Program-made: the position numbers and the translations under genes | Source of the DNA: Mustelus asterias | Taxonomy: Eukaryota | Direction: 5' to 3' | Length of the DNA: 64,000 nucleotides | NCBI RefSeq assembly: GCF_964213995.1 | Contig: NC_135823.1 | Location: 1,178,001-1,242,000, forward strand | Part shown: in pieces, positions 23,045 to 34,733 of the stretch | Numbering within the stretch: the first letter of the stretch is position 1 | Layout of the letters: every line of letters starts with the position of its first letter | Notes under the pieces: generated by a model | Seen by the model: the letters and a program-made list of their open reading frames with translations, nothing else | The model's database searches: none | Told to the model about the DNA's origin: nothing

Positions 23045-23987
23045 GAACAAACGATTTGGAAGAAGGTGTAACTGGTGTAATCAGCAAGTTTGCAGATGAC
23101 ACGAAGATGGCTGGACTTACGGATAGCGAAGAGCATTGTCGGGCAATACAGCAGGATATAGATACGCTGGAAAATTGGGCGGAGAGGTGGCAGATGGAGT
23201 TTAATCCGGATAAATGCGAAGTGATGCATTTTGGAAGTAGTAATGTAGGGAGGAGTTATACAATAAATGGCAGAGTCATCAGTAGTATAGAAACACAGAG
23301 GGACCTAGGTGTGCAAGTCCACAAATCCTTGAAGTTGGCAATACAGATGGAGAAGTTGGTGAAGAAGGCATATGGTATGCTTGCCTTTACAGGACGGGGT
23401 ATAGAGTATAAAAGCTGGAGTCCGATGATGCAGCTGTATAGAACGCTGGTCAGGCCACATTTGGAGTACTGCGTCCAGTTCTGGTCGCCGCACTACCAGA
23501 AGGACGTGGAGGCGTTAGAGAGAGTGCAGAGAAGGTTTACCAGGATGTTTCTTGGTATGGAAGGTCTTAGCTATGAGGAGAGATTGGGTAAACTGGGGTT
23601 GTTCTCCCTGGAAACACGGAGAATGAGGGGAGATCTAATAGAGGTGTACAAGATTATGAAGGGGATAGATAGGGTGAACGGTGGGAAGCTTTTTCAGAAG
23701 TGACGTTCACAAGGGGTCACGGGCTGAAGGTGAGAAGGGCGAAGTATAACTCAGATATTAGAGGGATGTTTTTTACACAGATGGTGGTGGGGGCCTGGAA
23801 TACGCTGCCAAGTAGGGTGGTGGAGGCAGGCACGCTGACATCGTTTAAGACTTACCTGGATAGTCACATGAGCAGCCTGGGAATGGAGGGATACAAACGA
23901 TTGGTCTAGTTGGACCAAGGAGCGGCACAGGCTTGGAGGGCCGAAGGGCCTGTTTCCTGTGCTGTGCTGTTCTTTGTTCTTTGTTCT
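23045..23987 (+). mobile_element. 5'-truncated CR1-like LINE nested in a SINE
   Basis: ORF 23056..23703 (KFADD...LEYCVQFWSPH); (TTCTTTG)n tail; SINE head at about 22860-23035 and tail at about 23990-24075. Confidence 0.92.
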
Positions 23988-24399
23988 AACAGGCACCAGA
24001 GTGTCTCGACGAGGGGATTTCACAGGACTGTCATTGCATGGTAATGTAAGCCTACTTGTGACACTACTCAATAATGGATAAATAACTCGCTCTTGCTTCG
24101 AAGCTTTCATTCCTAACCATCCTCCACACCCGGCGCCTGTTGGGGTACACTGAAGGAAACTTCAGCATGGCCAATTCACCTACCGAGCTCATTTTTCAGT
24201 CTGTGGGAGGAAAGCGAAGCACCCAGAGGATGTCCATGGAGAGAAAAGGAGAGTCTGCAGACTCCGTATAGACAGTCACCCAAGGCTGGATTTAAACTTC
24301 AGCCCCTGGCGCTTTGAGGCAGCAGTGCTAACCCACTCTGCCACCATGCTATCCACGATTTTTCGCCCTTACTTTAAAATATTAATTGTAGTTTCTTGC

Positions 24400-24690
24400 T
24401 TCAGATAAGCGTGTGAAGAAAGGGAACAGCGGCAAGCGCGGAAGTGAAACGTTTTGTACAGCTAATTGACTGTCTCATTGTTTTTAAGACCATCTGAAAA
24501 CCAAATCATTCCCAAAAGCAGTTCCATGACACTGATCTTTCAACAATTTTCACTTTACGTTCTGATTTATTCAGAGTGTGGTTAACTTTCCGACCTGAGG
24601 GTTTATTAATTTGCCGTGACCAATGGCTGAATGTCATCAAATTCAGGAAGCGTCAGGGAGGACATGCTATTGAAGAGGAAATGGCCGCAA
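24400..24690. promoter_or_regulatory. Candidate haematopoietic enhancer (ETS-IRF composite, RUNX, GATA, PU.1-type sites)
   Basis: GGAAGTGAAAC 24440-24450, TGTGGTT 24577-24583, AGATAA 24403-24408 and AAGAGGAAAT 24673-24682 in a repeat-free island 3.3 kb upstream of the receptor gene. Confidence 0.4.
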
Positions 24691-24779
24691 GGTTCAAATT
24701 TCTGGACCCTCCACGCCGACACTATAGTTACGAAAGCCCACTAACTCTTCTACTTTCTTTTAATTTCTCAGGGGGCTAA

Positions 24780-25260
24780 GCAAATTTGGCATGTTCACTA
24801 TGGCTCCGACCAATTATTTGCAAATGCACATTGAAAGCGTCCTTTCCGGATGTTTCAAAGATTGATATGGGTCCTGCTCTGACCAAGACAGCACGAAACT
24901 GCAAAGTGTTGTCAACAAAGCCCAGTCCATCACGCAAATGAGCCCCACATATATTGTGTCTGCCTACACTTCCTGTTGCCTCAGCAAAAGCAGCCAGCAT
25001 AATCAAGGACCCCGCGGAAGATGGACATACTCTCTTCCTCCTTTTTCCTTCGAAAAAATTACAAACGTATGAGTTCACCATCTGACTCAAGAGCAGCTTC
25101 TTCCCTGCTGCCATCAGACGTGTGAACTGATCTACCTTATATGAAGCTGATCTTTCTCTACACCCTCGCTCTGACTGTAAGACCATATTCTGCACCCACT
25201 CTGTGAACGCTATGCTTTGCTACATAGCGCATTAGAAACAATACCTTTCATTGTATCCCA
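24780..25260 (+). mobile_element. Rex1/Babar-like LINE 3' fragment
   Basis: Degenerate IES..SGC / KLQ.VV.KAQSI / KAASIIKDP / SSFFPAAIR motifs. Confidence 0.6.
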
Positions 25261-25809
25261 TCATATGTGGCAATAAGAGTCAAAATATATCAAATCTATG
25301 TACTCTATGAACGGCATGTTTTGTCTGGATGGTACGTAGGAACCAATACTTTTCACTGTGCCCCAATACACGTGACAATGATAAATCAAATCTATGTACT
25401 TTATCAACGCTATCTTTTGTCTGTGTAGCGCACAAGAAACAATACTTTCCAATGTATCCCGATACATATGCCAATAATAAATCGGACCATGTCAAATCAT
25501 GTACTGCCCATTGTTGAAGTAAATTTCTGAATGAATGAATTGAGTTTAGGAGGATTAAAGTATCCTGTGCTGGACCCTCCAGGAGGATTAACTTATCCAT
25601 CTGAACACATTTCTCCAGAGCCAATTTGCAATATCTGTGAGATATGCATTTTACAGCAAAATAAACTTTTTAATTTGAGAGTGATCTTATTGGTTCGGAA
25701 GATAGAGTTCATAGTTTATATTGGAATTTATTTATCCAGTAATGATCAGGCCAACGATTTCCAATTCAGGGTTTTATTGTTGATTAAATTAAATGTGGCT
25801 TGCAAATAT

Positions 25810-28605
25810 ATTACATTATGTCAGTAAAAAGACAACATGTAGCATGTGACTGACATGCTCATTTGAGGTGACAATTGTGTTTCCAAACGATTACATTCAA
25901 GAGGAAAATGTTTCCAAATATAGCAAATGTAACCTGTAAGTAGTTGTGACAATACTGTGCCTTTAAAATGTGTTTTTAATCATGTTATTTAGCAGGGTTT
26001 TCAAGCGACTCCGAGCATTGTGTTGGCCCCGCTTTGGTCTCAGAGACCGGCGTCCACTAATTGTTACTGAAGCGCTATAAAGGCCATCTGGTTCACTTTT
26101 AAACTGGGCTGATGCAGAATCCTCGGGTGATGTGATCCTTTTGGAAATACCGGGTGGAGCATGATCGACAAGTCAGCTGATGGCTGGGGATTTTTTTTTC
26201 TTTCTCAGAAAAGTCCAAGTTTTTACTTTTGCTGTTCAGTCGTAGCCTGAGGTGGGGAGCAGCAACAGTGCATTTGCCCTCGCTCTGGATTTGGAAATTA
26301 TGCTTTCTGTGAGTTGCTGTTGGAAGGTGATGGAGGCTGGCATGTCCCCGTCGATTTCTCTCTCCAGAGGCTTTCTGGAAATTTTCAGGAATCGGAAGTC
26401 TATGCGATTTAATCCAACATGCAAAAGACCAATTCACGACGGTAAAAAGCTGAAAACCCAGCATCACGTGAATATGTTTAACTTTTGTGCGAAGCCTGGG
26501 AAGGCGCATATGTTTCGGGTATGTTGTTTGGATTGGAACTTCATAGATAGATAGCTGGCAAAGTCTATGCTATGTCATGTTCGAATCATGTAATTGGGAA
26601 ACGTTATGCTAATTATTTTGATTTTAAAGTGATATGTGTTCTTAAATAAACTTTGTTTGATCAAAGCTTCCGCGTTGGTTATTTGAATCATTCCCAGAGT
26701 GAAGCATCTTATGCTCAACAGTGCCAAATTGAAATGTAAGAACATAAGATCTAGGCTACCTTCATAAAGCATCTTGGGGTTTCCAGCTTGGATCTTTGCA
26801 CAGTATAGGTAATATCATTTATTGGATTATTTGCAACAAGCAAAATAATTCTTGTAGAGACAGTTGGGGTATTGGATTACAGTACAAATTCAAAGAGTTG
26901 GAACTTGCGTGACAGGCCGAATGGCCTCTGTGTGGGTTGCCACGGGTATCAATGCTGGCACCGGAGCAATTCACAATATGTAATAATGATTTGAATGAGG
27001 GAACAAAATGTAAAATCTCACAGTTAGCAGATGATAACAAGTTGTGTGGGAGGGTGAACTGTGAGGTGGATACAGAGATCCTGCAGCATGATTTGTAAAG
27101 GTTGGGTGAGTGGGCAAATCAATGGCAGATGCAATATAATTTGGAAAAATGCGAGCCTATTCAATTGGGAAGCAAAATCAAGAAAACAGATTGCTACCTG
27201 ATTAATGCAGATTACGACATTAACTCAGTAAAAAAAAAAAATCACAGATGACCAACGTATTCATTTGAGTAGCCAATTGTAGTACTGTTTCCAGACTATT
27301 ACATTCAAGCGGAAAATGTTTCCAGACACAGCCAATGTGACCTGTAAGTAGTTGTGGCGACACTGTGCCTTTTAGAAATGTGTTTTAATCATATTACTTG
27401 GTAGGGTTTTCAAGCAGCTCTGAGCATCGTGTTGGCATGGCTTTGGTCAAAGAGACCGGCGTGCTCTGGTTGTTACTGAAGCTATATAATGGCCAACTAC
27501 TTCCTTTTTAAATCTGGACTAATGCGCCCTCGGGTGATATGATCCTTTTGGAATAATAGGGTGGAGCATGATTGAGCTGATACCTGGGGACAATTTTTTT
27601 CTTTCAGAGAAAAGTGCAAGTTTGTAGTTTGGCTGTTCAGCAGAAGCCTGAGGTGGAGAGCAGCAACAGTGCATTTGCCCTCTGTCTGGAGTTGGAAATT
27701 CTGCTGTCTGTGAGTTGTTGTTTGACGCGGATGGAGGCAGGCATGTCCCAGTCCATTTGTCTCTCCAGAGGCATTTTGGAAAGTTCGAGAACTGGGAAGC
27801 CTCGCCGATGTAATCCAACATTCGAAGGACCAATTCGCGAGAGGTGTTAAAAAGCTGAAATCCCAGCGTCACGTGAATATGCTAGTCTTTTGTGCTAAGC
27901 CGAGGAAGGCTTCTATGTTTGGGGGATGTTGTTTGCATTGGAACCTCATAGATAGCTAGCTGGTAAAGTCTATACTGCATCATGTTTGAATCTTGTTAAT
28001 GGCAAAAGTTATGCTAATTCTTTTAATTTGAAATTTAACTCTGTTCTTTCATAAACTTTGTTCGATAAAAGCTTCCTAGTCGGTAACTTGAATCATACCC
28101 GGAGTGAAACATCTTATGCTCAACAGTGCCAAATTCAAGTCTAAGAACATAGGATCTGGGCTAACTTCATAAAACACCTTGGAGTTTATTTGGCTGGGTC
28201 TTTGCACAGTAGAGGTCATACCATTTATTGGGCTAGTTGCAGCATGCAAAATAATTATTATAGAGTCAGTTGGGATATTGGACTACAGTACACATTCAAA
28301 GAGCAGAAACGTGCGTGACGGGCCGAATGACCCCTGTTTGGGTTGCCACAGGGATCAGTGCTGGAATCGCAGCTATTCATAGAGTATAATTATGATTTGA
28401 ATGAGGGAACAAAATGTAACATCTCACAGTTAGCAGATGATACCAAGTTGTTTGGGAGGGTGAAATGTGACGTGCCTGCGGAAATCCTTCTGAATGATCT
28501 GGACTGGTTGGGTGAATGGACAAATCAATGGCAGATGCAGTATAATTTGAAGAAATGCGAGGCTATTCACTTTGGAAGCAAAAACAAGAATGCAGCTTAC
28601 TCCCT
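25810..28605 (+). repeat. Diverged tandem duplication of about 1.4 kb (25810-27200 and 27211-28605), each copy with a solo-LTR-like element and a CR1 fragment
   Basis: Collinear similarity; TG...CA bounded segments at 25945-26802 and 27353-28208 whose 3' ends resemble the 39280 LTR. Confidence 0.85.
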
Positions 28606-29370
28606 GAATGAATGTAAATTGGGAGAGAGGAGGGTGCAGGGGTAACTGGGTGTTCTTGTGCACCAGGCGCTGAAGCTAAGCATGCAGGTGCAGCAGGCAA
28701 TAAATAAGGCAAATGGCATGTTGCCCTTCATTGCGAGCGGTTTCGAGTACAGGAGCAGGGATGTGTTGTTGCAAATATAGAGGGCATTGGTCAGGCCACA
28801 CCTCGAATATTGTGTGCAATTGTGGCCTCCTTTTCTGAGGAAGGTTGTTCGTGCTCTCGTAGGAGTGTAGTAAACATTTACCAGGCTATTCAGGGGATGG
28901 CGGGACTGATGCATGAGCAGAGATTGACGACGTTACGATTGCTTTCGCTGGCGTTCAAACAAATGAGGGCGGGGAGGGGGAGTGTCTCATAGAGACTGAT
29001 AAAATTCCAACATTACTAGACAGAGTACATTCAGCGAGGATGTTGGCGATGATAGGTGTGTCCAGAATCAGGGGTCACAGTCTGAGGATTCGGGGCAGAC
29101 CATTTAGGACGGAGATGAGGAGACATTTCTTTACCCAAAGAGAGGTGAGCCTGTGGAATTCATTATCACAGGGAGTAGGTGCTTACAAAACATTGAATGT
29201 ATACAAGAGGCGGCTAGGTAGAGCACTTGGAGCGAAAGGGATCATGGTTATGGGGGAAAAGGAGCATTAGGCTGTTGAGCTTGACGATCAGCCATGATGA
29301 TGATGAATGGCGGAGCAGGCTCGAAGGGCCAACTGGCCTCCTCCTGCTCCTATCTTCTATGTTTCTGTGT
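28330..29370 (+). mobile_element. Degenerate CR1-like LINE 3' fragment
   Basis: PQGSVL, QLADDTKL, WQMQYN motifs and a typical 3' end. Confidence 0.85.
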
Positions 29371-29639
29371 TTCTGTTAATGTCGTCCGTCTGAATGCAAG
29401 TGGCTTCGATTCGACGATTCGAATTGATACAATCCAATACACCATTTCACCAAAGGACAGATTTATAGGAGATAATATTCTTTCAGGAGTAAATGTAAAT
29501 GGTTTCACTCCCAGGATTCAGCAGTGATGCATGAAAATCCACAATCATTGCAGTTTTCGTACTAATTCTGCCGAAATCCCCAGCCTGTCCCTGGGTTGTC
29601 TGATCCCTCATAAACACACTTCCAATTCGCACATCAGAA

Positions 29640-31690
29640 CATCAGAATTAGCAGAAGGTAATATTTATATTTCTGATCTTTCCCCATAAACCTTCATGCC
29701 ACTCCTAATCATAGACCTATCCATCTCCTTTATTTATTGCTCTGGATCTCACTGAACATGGGGTGGAAAGTTTCACAGATGCACTATCATTTGAGTGAAA
29801 TAATTCCTCCTCGTTTCAGTTTCTGTTTTGCAGCCCTTCGCCTAAAACCTTGGCCTCCCGTTATAGAATGTCCAACAAAGGGAAACATTGGCTCTATGTC
29901 TACCCTCTTAACCCTGCTTACCATTTTCTTTAACTCATTTAGAACCTGTGTCATTCTTCTAATCTCTCGCAAGAATAGGCCGAAACTGCTCAAATTTAAT
30001 GCATTTGCTTCCTTCCCAAAATAATGGGACCACAACTGTGTGCAGTACTCCAGATGCAGTCTCAACAATGCCCTATACGGTTGCACCGGCATTCCAGATT
30101 TTGATATTCTATTCAATTAGGAATTAATGTCAAAATTCCATTTGTCTGCCTTACTACATTTTGTATCCGCATATTAGCTTCCTGGGATTCATACGCAAAG
30201 GCTCCAACTGGATAATATATTGACTTTTTACCTCGCTGTCCAAAATGTATAATTACACACTTATCAACGCTAAATTCCGTCTTTCAAATTTTGGCCCATT
30301 CTCCTAACCTTTCCATATCCATCTGTAAATATCTTATTTCTCATTGAAAATTGCTTCCGACCTAGGTAGTGTCATCCGCAAATTTTGCTGTGGTACATTG
30401 TATCCGAGCACCCGAGTAATGGGTATCGATTTAAATAGTTGGAGCCCCAGGAGCAAAGCCTGTCGGATCCCACTAGTTACACCACATCAACCAGTAAAAT
30501 AACTATCTATTCCCACACTCTGCTTTCTTTTGGCTCGCCAATACTCTACCAAACTAAAATAGTACGCCCAAGTCCATTGGATCTTACATTTGTGTATTAC
30601 CCTTTTCTGTGACACTTTACCAAATGCCTACTAGAAGTCCAGATACACTCAATCTGCAATAATCATCATCCACTTTGCACGCTACATTAAGAAGTACTGT
30701 AAAAAATATAGTCAAACCGGATTGACGCTTCATAAAAACATGCTGACTGGTGGATTGCATTTTGTCTTTCCAAATCTCCAGTCACTAATTCGTCAACAAA
30801 GGATTCAAACAATTTCTCAACGACGGTCGTTAAGTACCTAAACTTTTCTCCTTGCTGCCTTCCTCATGTTTTGAACAAGGGTGTAAACTGATCCTTTTGC
30901 AATTTACTGCCATCTTTTCAGAATCCAGGGAGTTTTGGAATATTATAGCCAGGGGGCGTCGGTTTACGGCCTCGCTTGTCCTAAAACCGTCCAAAATCCC
31001 ACGTGAGGTCAATAGACCTTCCCATTGCTCGTCCCTCGCCTGCTCCAATTCCCGTGGCAGGCAAGGCAGTAAAATCCGGACCAATGTCTCCTTTATCTCT
31101 GCTATCACTTCCTTCGAACCTCCAGGAGATAGGTCACTATGCTCTGGGCACCACTCTTCTGTCTTGAGTCCAAATAGTTTGTGCAGCCCTTTTTCCATAG
31201 AGATGGCGATTGTTTTAAGTTCCTCAGTTTCAACTACAGTTGCATTTCCTTTTATTATTGAGATTGCTTTTGTCTCCCCGAACATGAAAAGCTGGGCAAA
31301 TGTTGACTGAGTAGCATCTCTGCCATTTTGGTGCTCCCCAATATTTACTCCACGTCTGTCTCTCTCTCTCTTATGGAGCAACTTTGAACTTAGCTACTCT
31401 CCGCATTTTAACCGACTAATATCAATTTCTGCTGCCATTTTTATATTTGTGGCAGATTTCTTTCATTATTTGCTTTTGCTATTTTTAGTACTTTTTAAAG
31501 GAACTCCCTATTGGTCTTTAAAAGTGTCTCAATACTCCAGCCTGCTCATGACCTTTTCAGCATGATATCTGTTGTTTTTGCAATCTTCACTCTTCCCTGG
31601 AGGATCTCTGACGCAAGGTCATTAAATAATTCCATCTCATTACAGAACGCTAAATCCAAAATAGCCTGCTCCCTGGTTGTTTTGAATACA
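29640..31690 (-). mobile_element. Highly degenerate CR1-like LINE fragments
   Basis: LEYCTQLWSH, PLAIIFQNSLDS remnants on the minus strand. Confidence 0.7.
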
Positions 31691-31807
31691 GTAAGAAGTC
31701 TCACAACACCAGGTTAAAGTCCAACAGGTAGCCTGTTGGACTTTAACCTGGTGCTGTGAGACTCTTACTGTGTTTACCCCAGTCCAACGCCGGCATCTCC
31801 ATGTCAC
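31691..31807. mobile_element. Short fold-back element (Penelope-like terminal fragment) with 12-bp target-site duplication
   Basis: Inverted arms 31689-31728 and 31732-31770; GTTTTGAATACA at 31679-31690 and 31808-31819. Confidence 0.75.
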
Positions 31808-31850
31808 GTTTTGAATACACCAAGAATCAATCTCGAATACGTTCTATTAA

Positions 31851-31878
<28 letters not shown>
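31851..31878. repeat. (CT)n microsatellite
   Basis: Direct observation. Confidence 0.95.
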
Positions 31879-31884
<6 letters not shown>

Positions 31885-33079
31885 AGACTACCACTGCCAA
31901 TTTGATTAATCCAGCCCATATGTATGTTAAAATCCGGCATAATTATTGTCTTACCTCCCAGACAAGCCCCCAGAATTTACTGGTTTATATTGTATCCTAC
32001 TGTTAAATTACTATTATGAGAGCTATGCATTTCTCCCACCAAGGATTTATTTCCCTTCCTATTTCTTGTCTCTGACCTTACTGATTTTGCGTCTTGGTCT
32101 CCAGTTCCAATATCATTTCTCACTCCAGCACTGATTCCTTCCTTTACTAACAAAGCCACAATACTTCAATTTTCTGTCTGTCAATCTTCTGAAGCACCTC
32201 AATTATTCAACTCCCAGACCTGCTCTCTTGTGAACATGCCTCCTTGCTATCAAATCATTCCTCTTTGTCTCTATTTGCATTGATAACTGGCACGGTGGCA
32301 CAGTGGTTAGGACTGCTACCGCACAGCGCCACGGACCTGGGTTAGATTTCCAATTGTGTCGCTGTCTGAACAGAGTCTGCACATTCTCCTTGTCTCTGCG
32401 TGGGTTTCCTCCCGGTAGTCCGACTTCTTCTCACAATATGAAAGACGTGCTGCATAGGTGAATTTCCCATGCTAAATTATCCTTCAGTGCACCCGAACAG
32501 GCGCCAGAATGTGGGGACGCGGGCATTTTCACAGTAACTGCATTGCAGTGGTAGTGAAAGCCTGCTTGTGACACTACCAAATACATTTTGTGAAAAGGTT
32601 AATTTTATTTCGAATGCCACAGACATTCAGAGACAACGTATTTAAGTATGTCCTATTATATTTTTTCCAATGTTGCACGAATCGCTGGTGTAATTCCCTT
32701 CATATATGTATTTGAAAATTAGCCTTAGAGGTACCGTCAGCGCATTTGGTGTGAACGATGTTAAAACGGAATCACACAACCTGTCATTTGTTAAAATATT
32801 TTAGCAATACTGAGACTGATGCATTGTGAAGATGTTTTAAAGTGTGCCTTGAGGATACACTACACACAGATGCAGAATGCATGGATAAACTCCACAGGTG
32901 CAGAAGGCATGAATAAACACCAAGACACGAAAATAGGAACGCACAGAGTCTACAATGGGACAGCAGGATTATACTGCATTTTGCAGGGTGGACATAAGAG
33001 ATCATTTACTTTCTGCTTCCGAGCTCATTGGAAAAACCGCACAGAATCGCACCTGATTTTGCGCTTTTTGCACGTTCAG

Positions 33080-33129
33080 ACATTCCAGCCGAAGAGAGAA
33101 ACCACCCTGCACAAGTCGTGCCTGGGGAG
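33080..33129 (+). pseudogene. Candidate 50-nt exon (DIPAEERNHPAQVVPGE), possible penultimate exon of the plus-strand paralogue
   Basis: Acceptor ctttttgcacgttcag, donor AG|GTGATT; same length and phase (1->0) as exon 7 but only 18/50 identical ungapped positions. Confidence 0.3.
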
Positions 33130-34733
33130 GTGATTACAAGCTTCTCATTCCTCTCAGACCAGAGTGCGGGACCCAGTTCAAAGTCCGACGGGAGTAAAAT
33201 GTCTCTGGAGAAAATAAAAAAAAGAATTTGTAAACATCACCATTGCTGTGGTTCTGGAGCCAAATGTAGGCCAGACCAGGTACAGACGTCAAATTTGCTT
33301 CCCCAAAGGACACCAGTGAACCAAGTCTTGTTTTTCTCTGTCAGTCAGCCATGGTTTCAATATAGAAACTGAGCAAATAGGTGGAGGAGTAGCCATTCGG
33401 CCCCTCAAGTCTGCACCATCATTCAAAACTGATCATGCTTTTTCGGTATCACATTCCCACTTTCTCTCCATACCCCTTGATCCCTTTTGCTGCAACGGGC
33501 ACGTCCAGCTCCCTCTTGAACGCATCGAACGAATTGGCTGCAACAGGTTGCTGTGGTAGAGAATTCCACAGGTACATAATTCTCTGAGTGAAAAAGTTCT
33601 TCCTCATCTCAACCCTGAATGCATTACCCTTATTCTTAGACTGTGACCCCTAGTTCTGGACTTCCCGAACACTAAGAACATTCTTCTGGCATCTAGCCTA
33701 TCCAGTCTTATTAGGATTTTACATGTTGCAACCAGATCCATTCGCATTCTTCTCTTTTGTGGTCATCGTTAGACTTTTAATTCCAATTGTTTATTGATTC
33801 CAAATTTGACCATTTGCAGTGGTGAGATATCAGTCCGGGTCCCCAGAATATTTACCTGAGTCTCTGGATTATTCGTCTAGTGACAAACCAACGCACCACT
33901 GCCTCTCTTGAACAAGCATATGAAGAGTCCATTCAGCCACTCTAGTCTATTCTATTAGATCCTGGCTAATCTGTTATTGAACTTCGTTTTACCAGATTTT
34001 GTTTCAGGACGCTGAATTATTTAACCTTGGAAACAGCAATCAATCTTAGTCTTTGTCAATTTCTCATTTAAGAAACGATCTGCCTTTGTTATTATTCGTC
34101 AAAGTGAAAGTTGGTATTCAGTCCAAAGGCCGACAGGGCATTTTGCTATTATGTGAACCTGACATGATTCTAACGAGGAATGTCAACGTGGTTACAGAGA
34201 AACATTGAACATAGAAGCAGGTGTCGGCTATTCTGCCATTCGAGCCTGCTCCGCCATTCATTTTGATCATGGGTAATCAGCAAATTCAATATCCTGATCT
34301 CGCCTCACTTCCATATCCCTAAATGTCTTGACCCCGGAGAGCTATATCTTCTTTATTCCAGAAATCAGACACTGTTTGGCCTCAACTACTTTCTGTGATA
34401 GTAGATTCCACACACTCACCACTCTTAGTGAAAAAAATTTTCCTCACCTCAGTCCAAAATGATTTAACCCTTATCCTCAAAATATGACCACTACTTCTGG
34501 ACTCTGCTACCATCGGCAAATTTCTTTCTGCATCCAACCTCTCTGACCCTTTGAAAATGTTATGAGTTTCCATGAGATCCCGTCTCACACTTCTTAACTC
34601 GATTGAATATAATCCGAAAAGACATTGTCTCTTCTCAAATGACAGAACTGTCATCCATTGTCGTTTGTCAGAAAAAAAACACTTGCTTCAGCAATAACCT
34701 TTAGGGAAGGAAATCTGCCGTCCATATCTGGAT

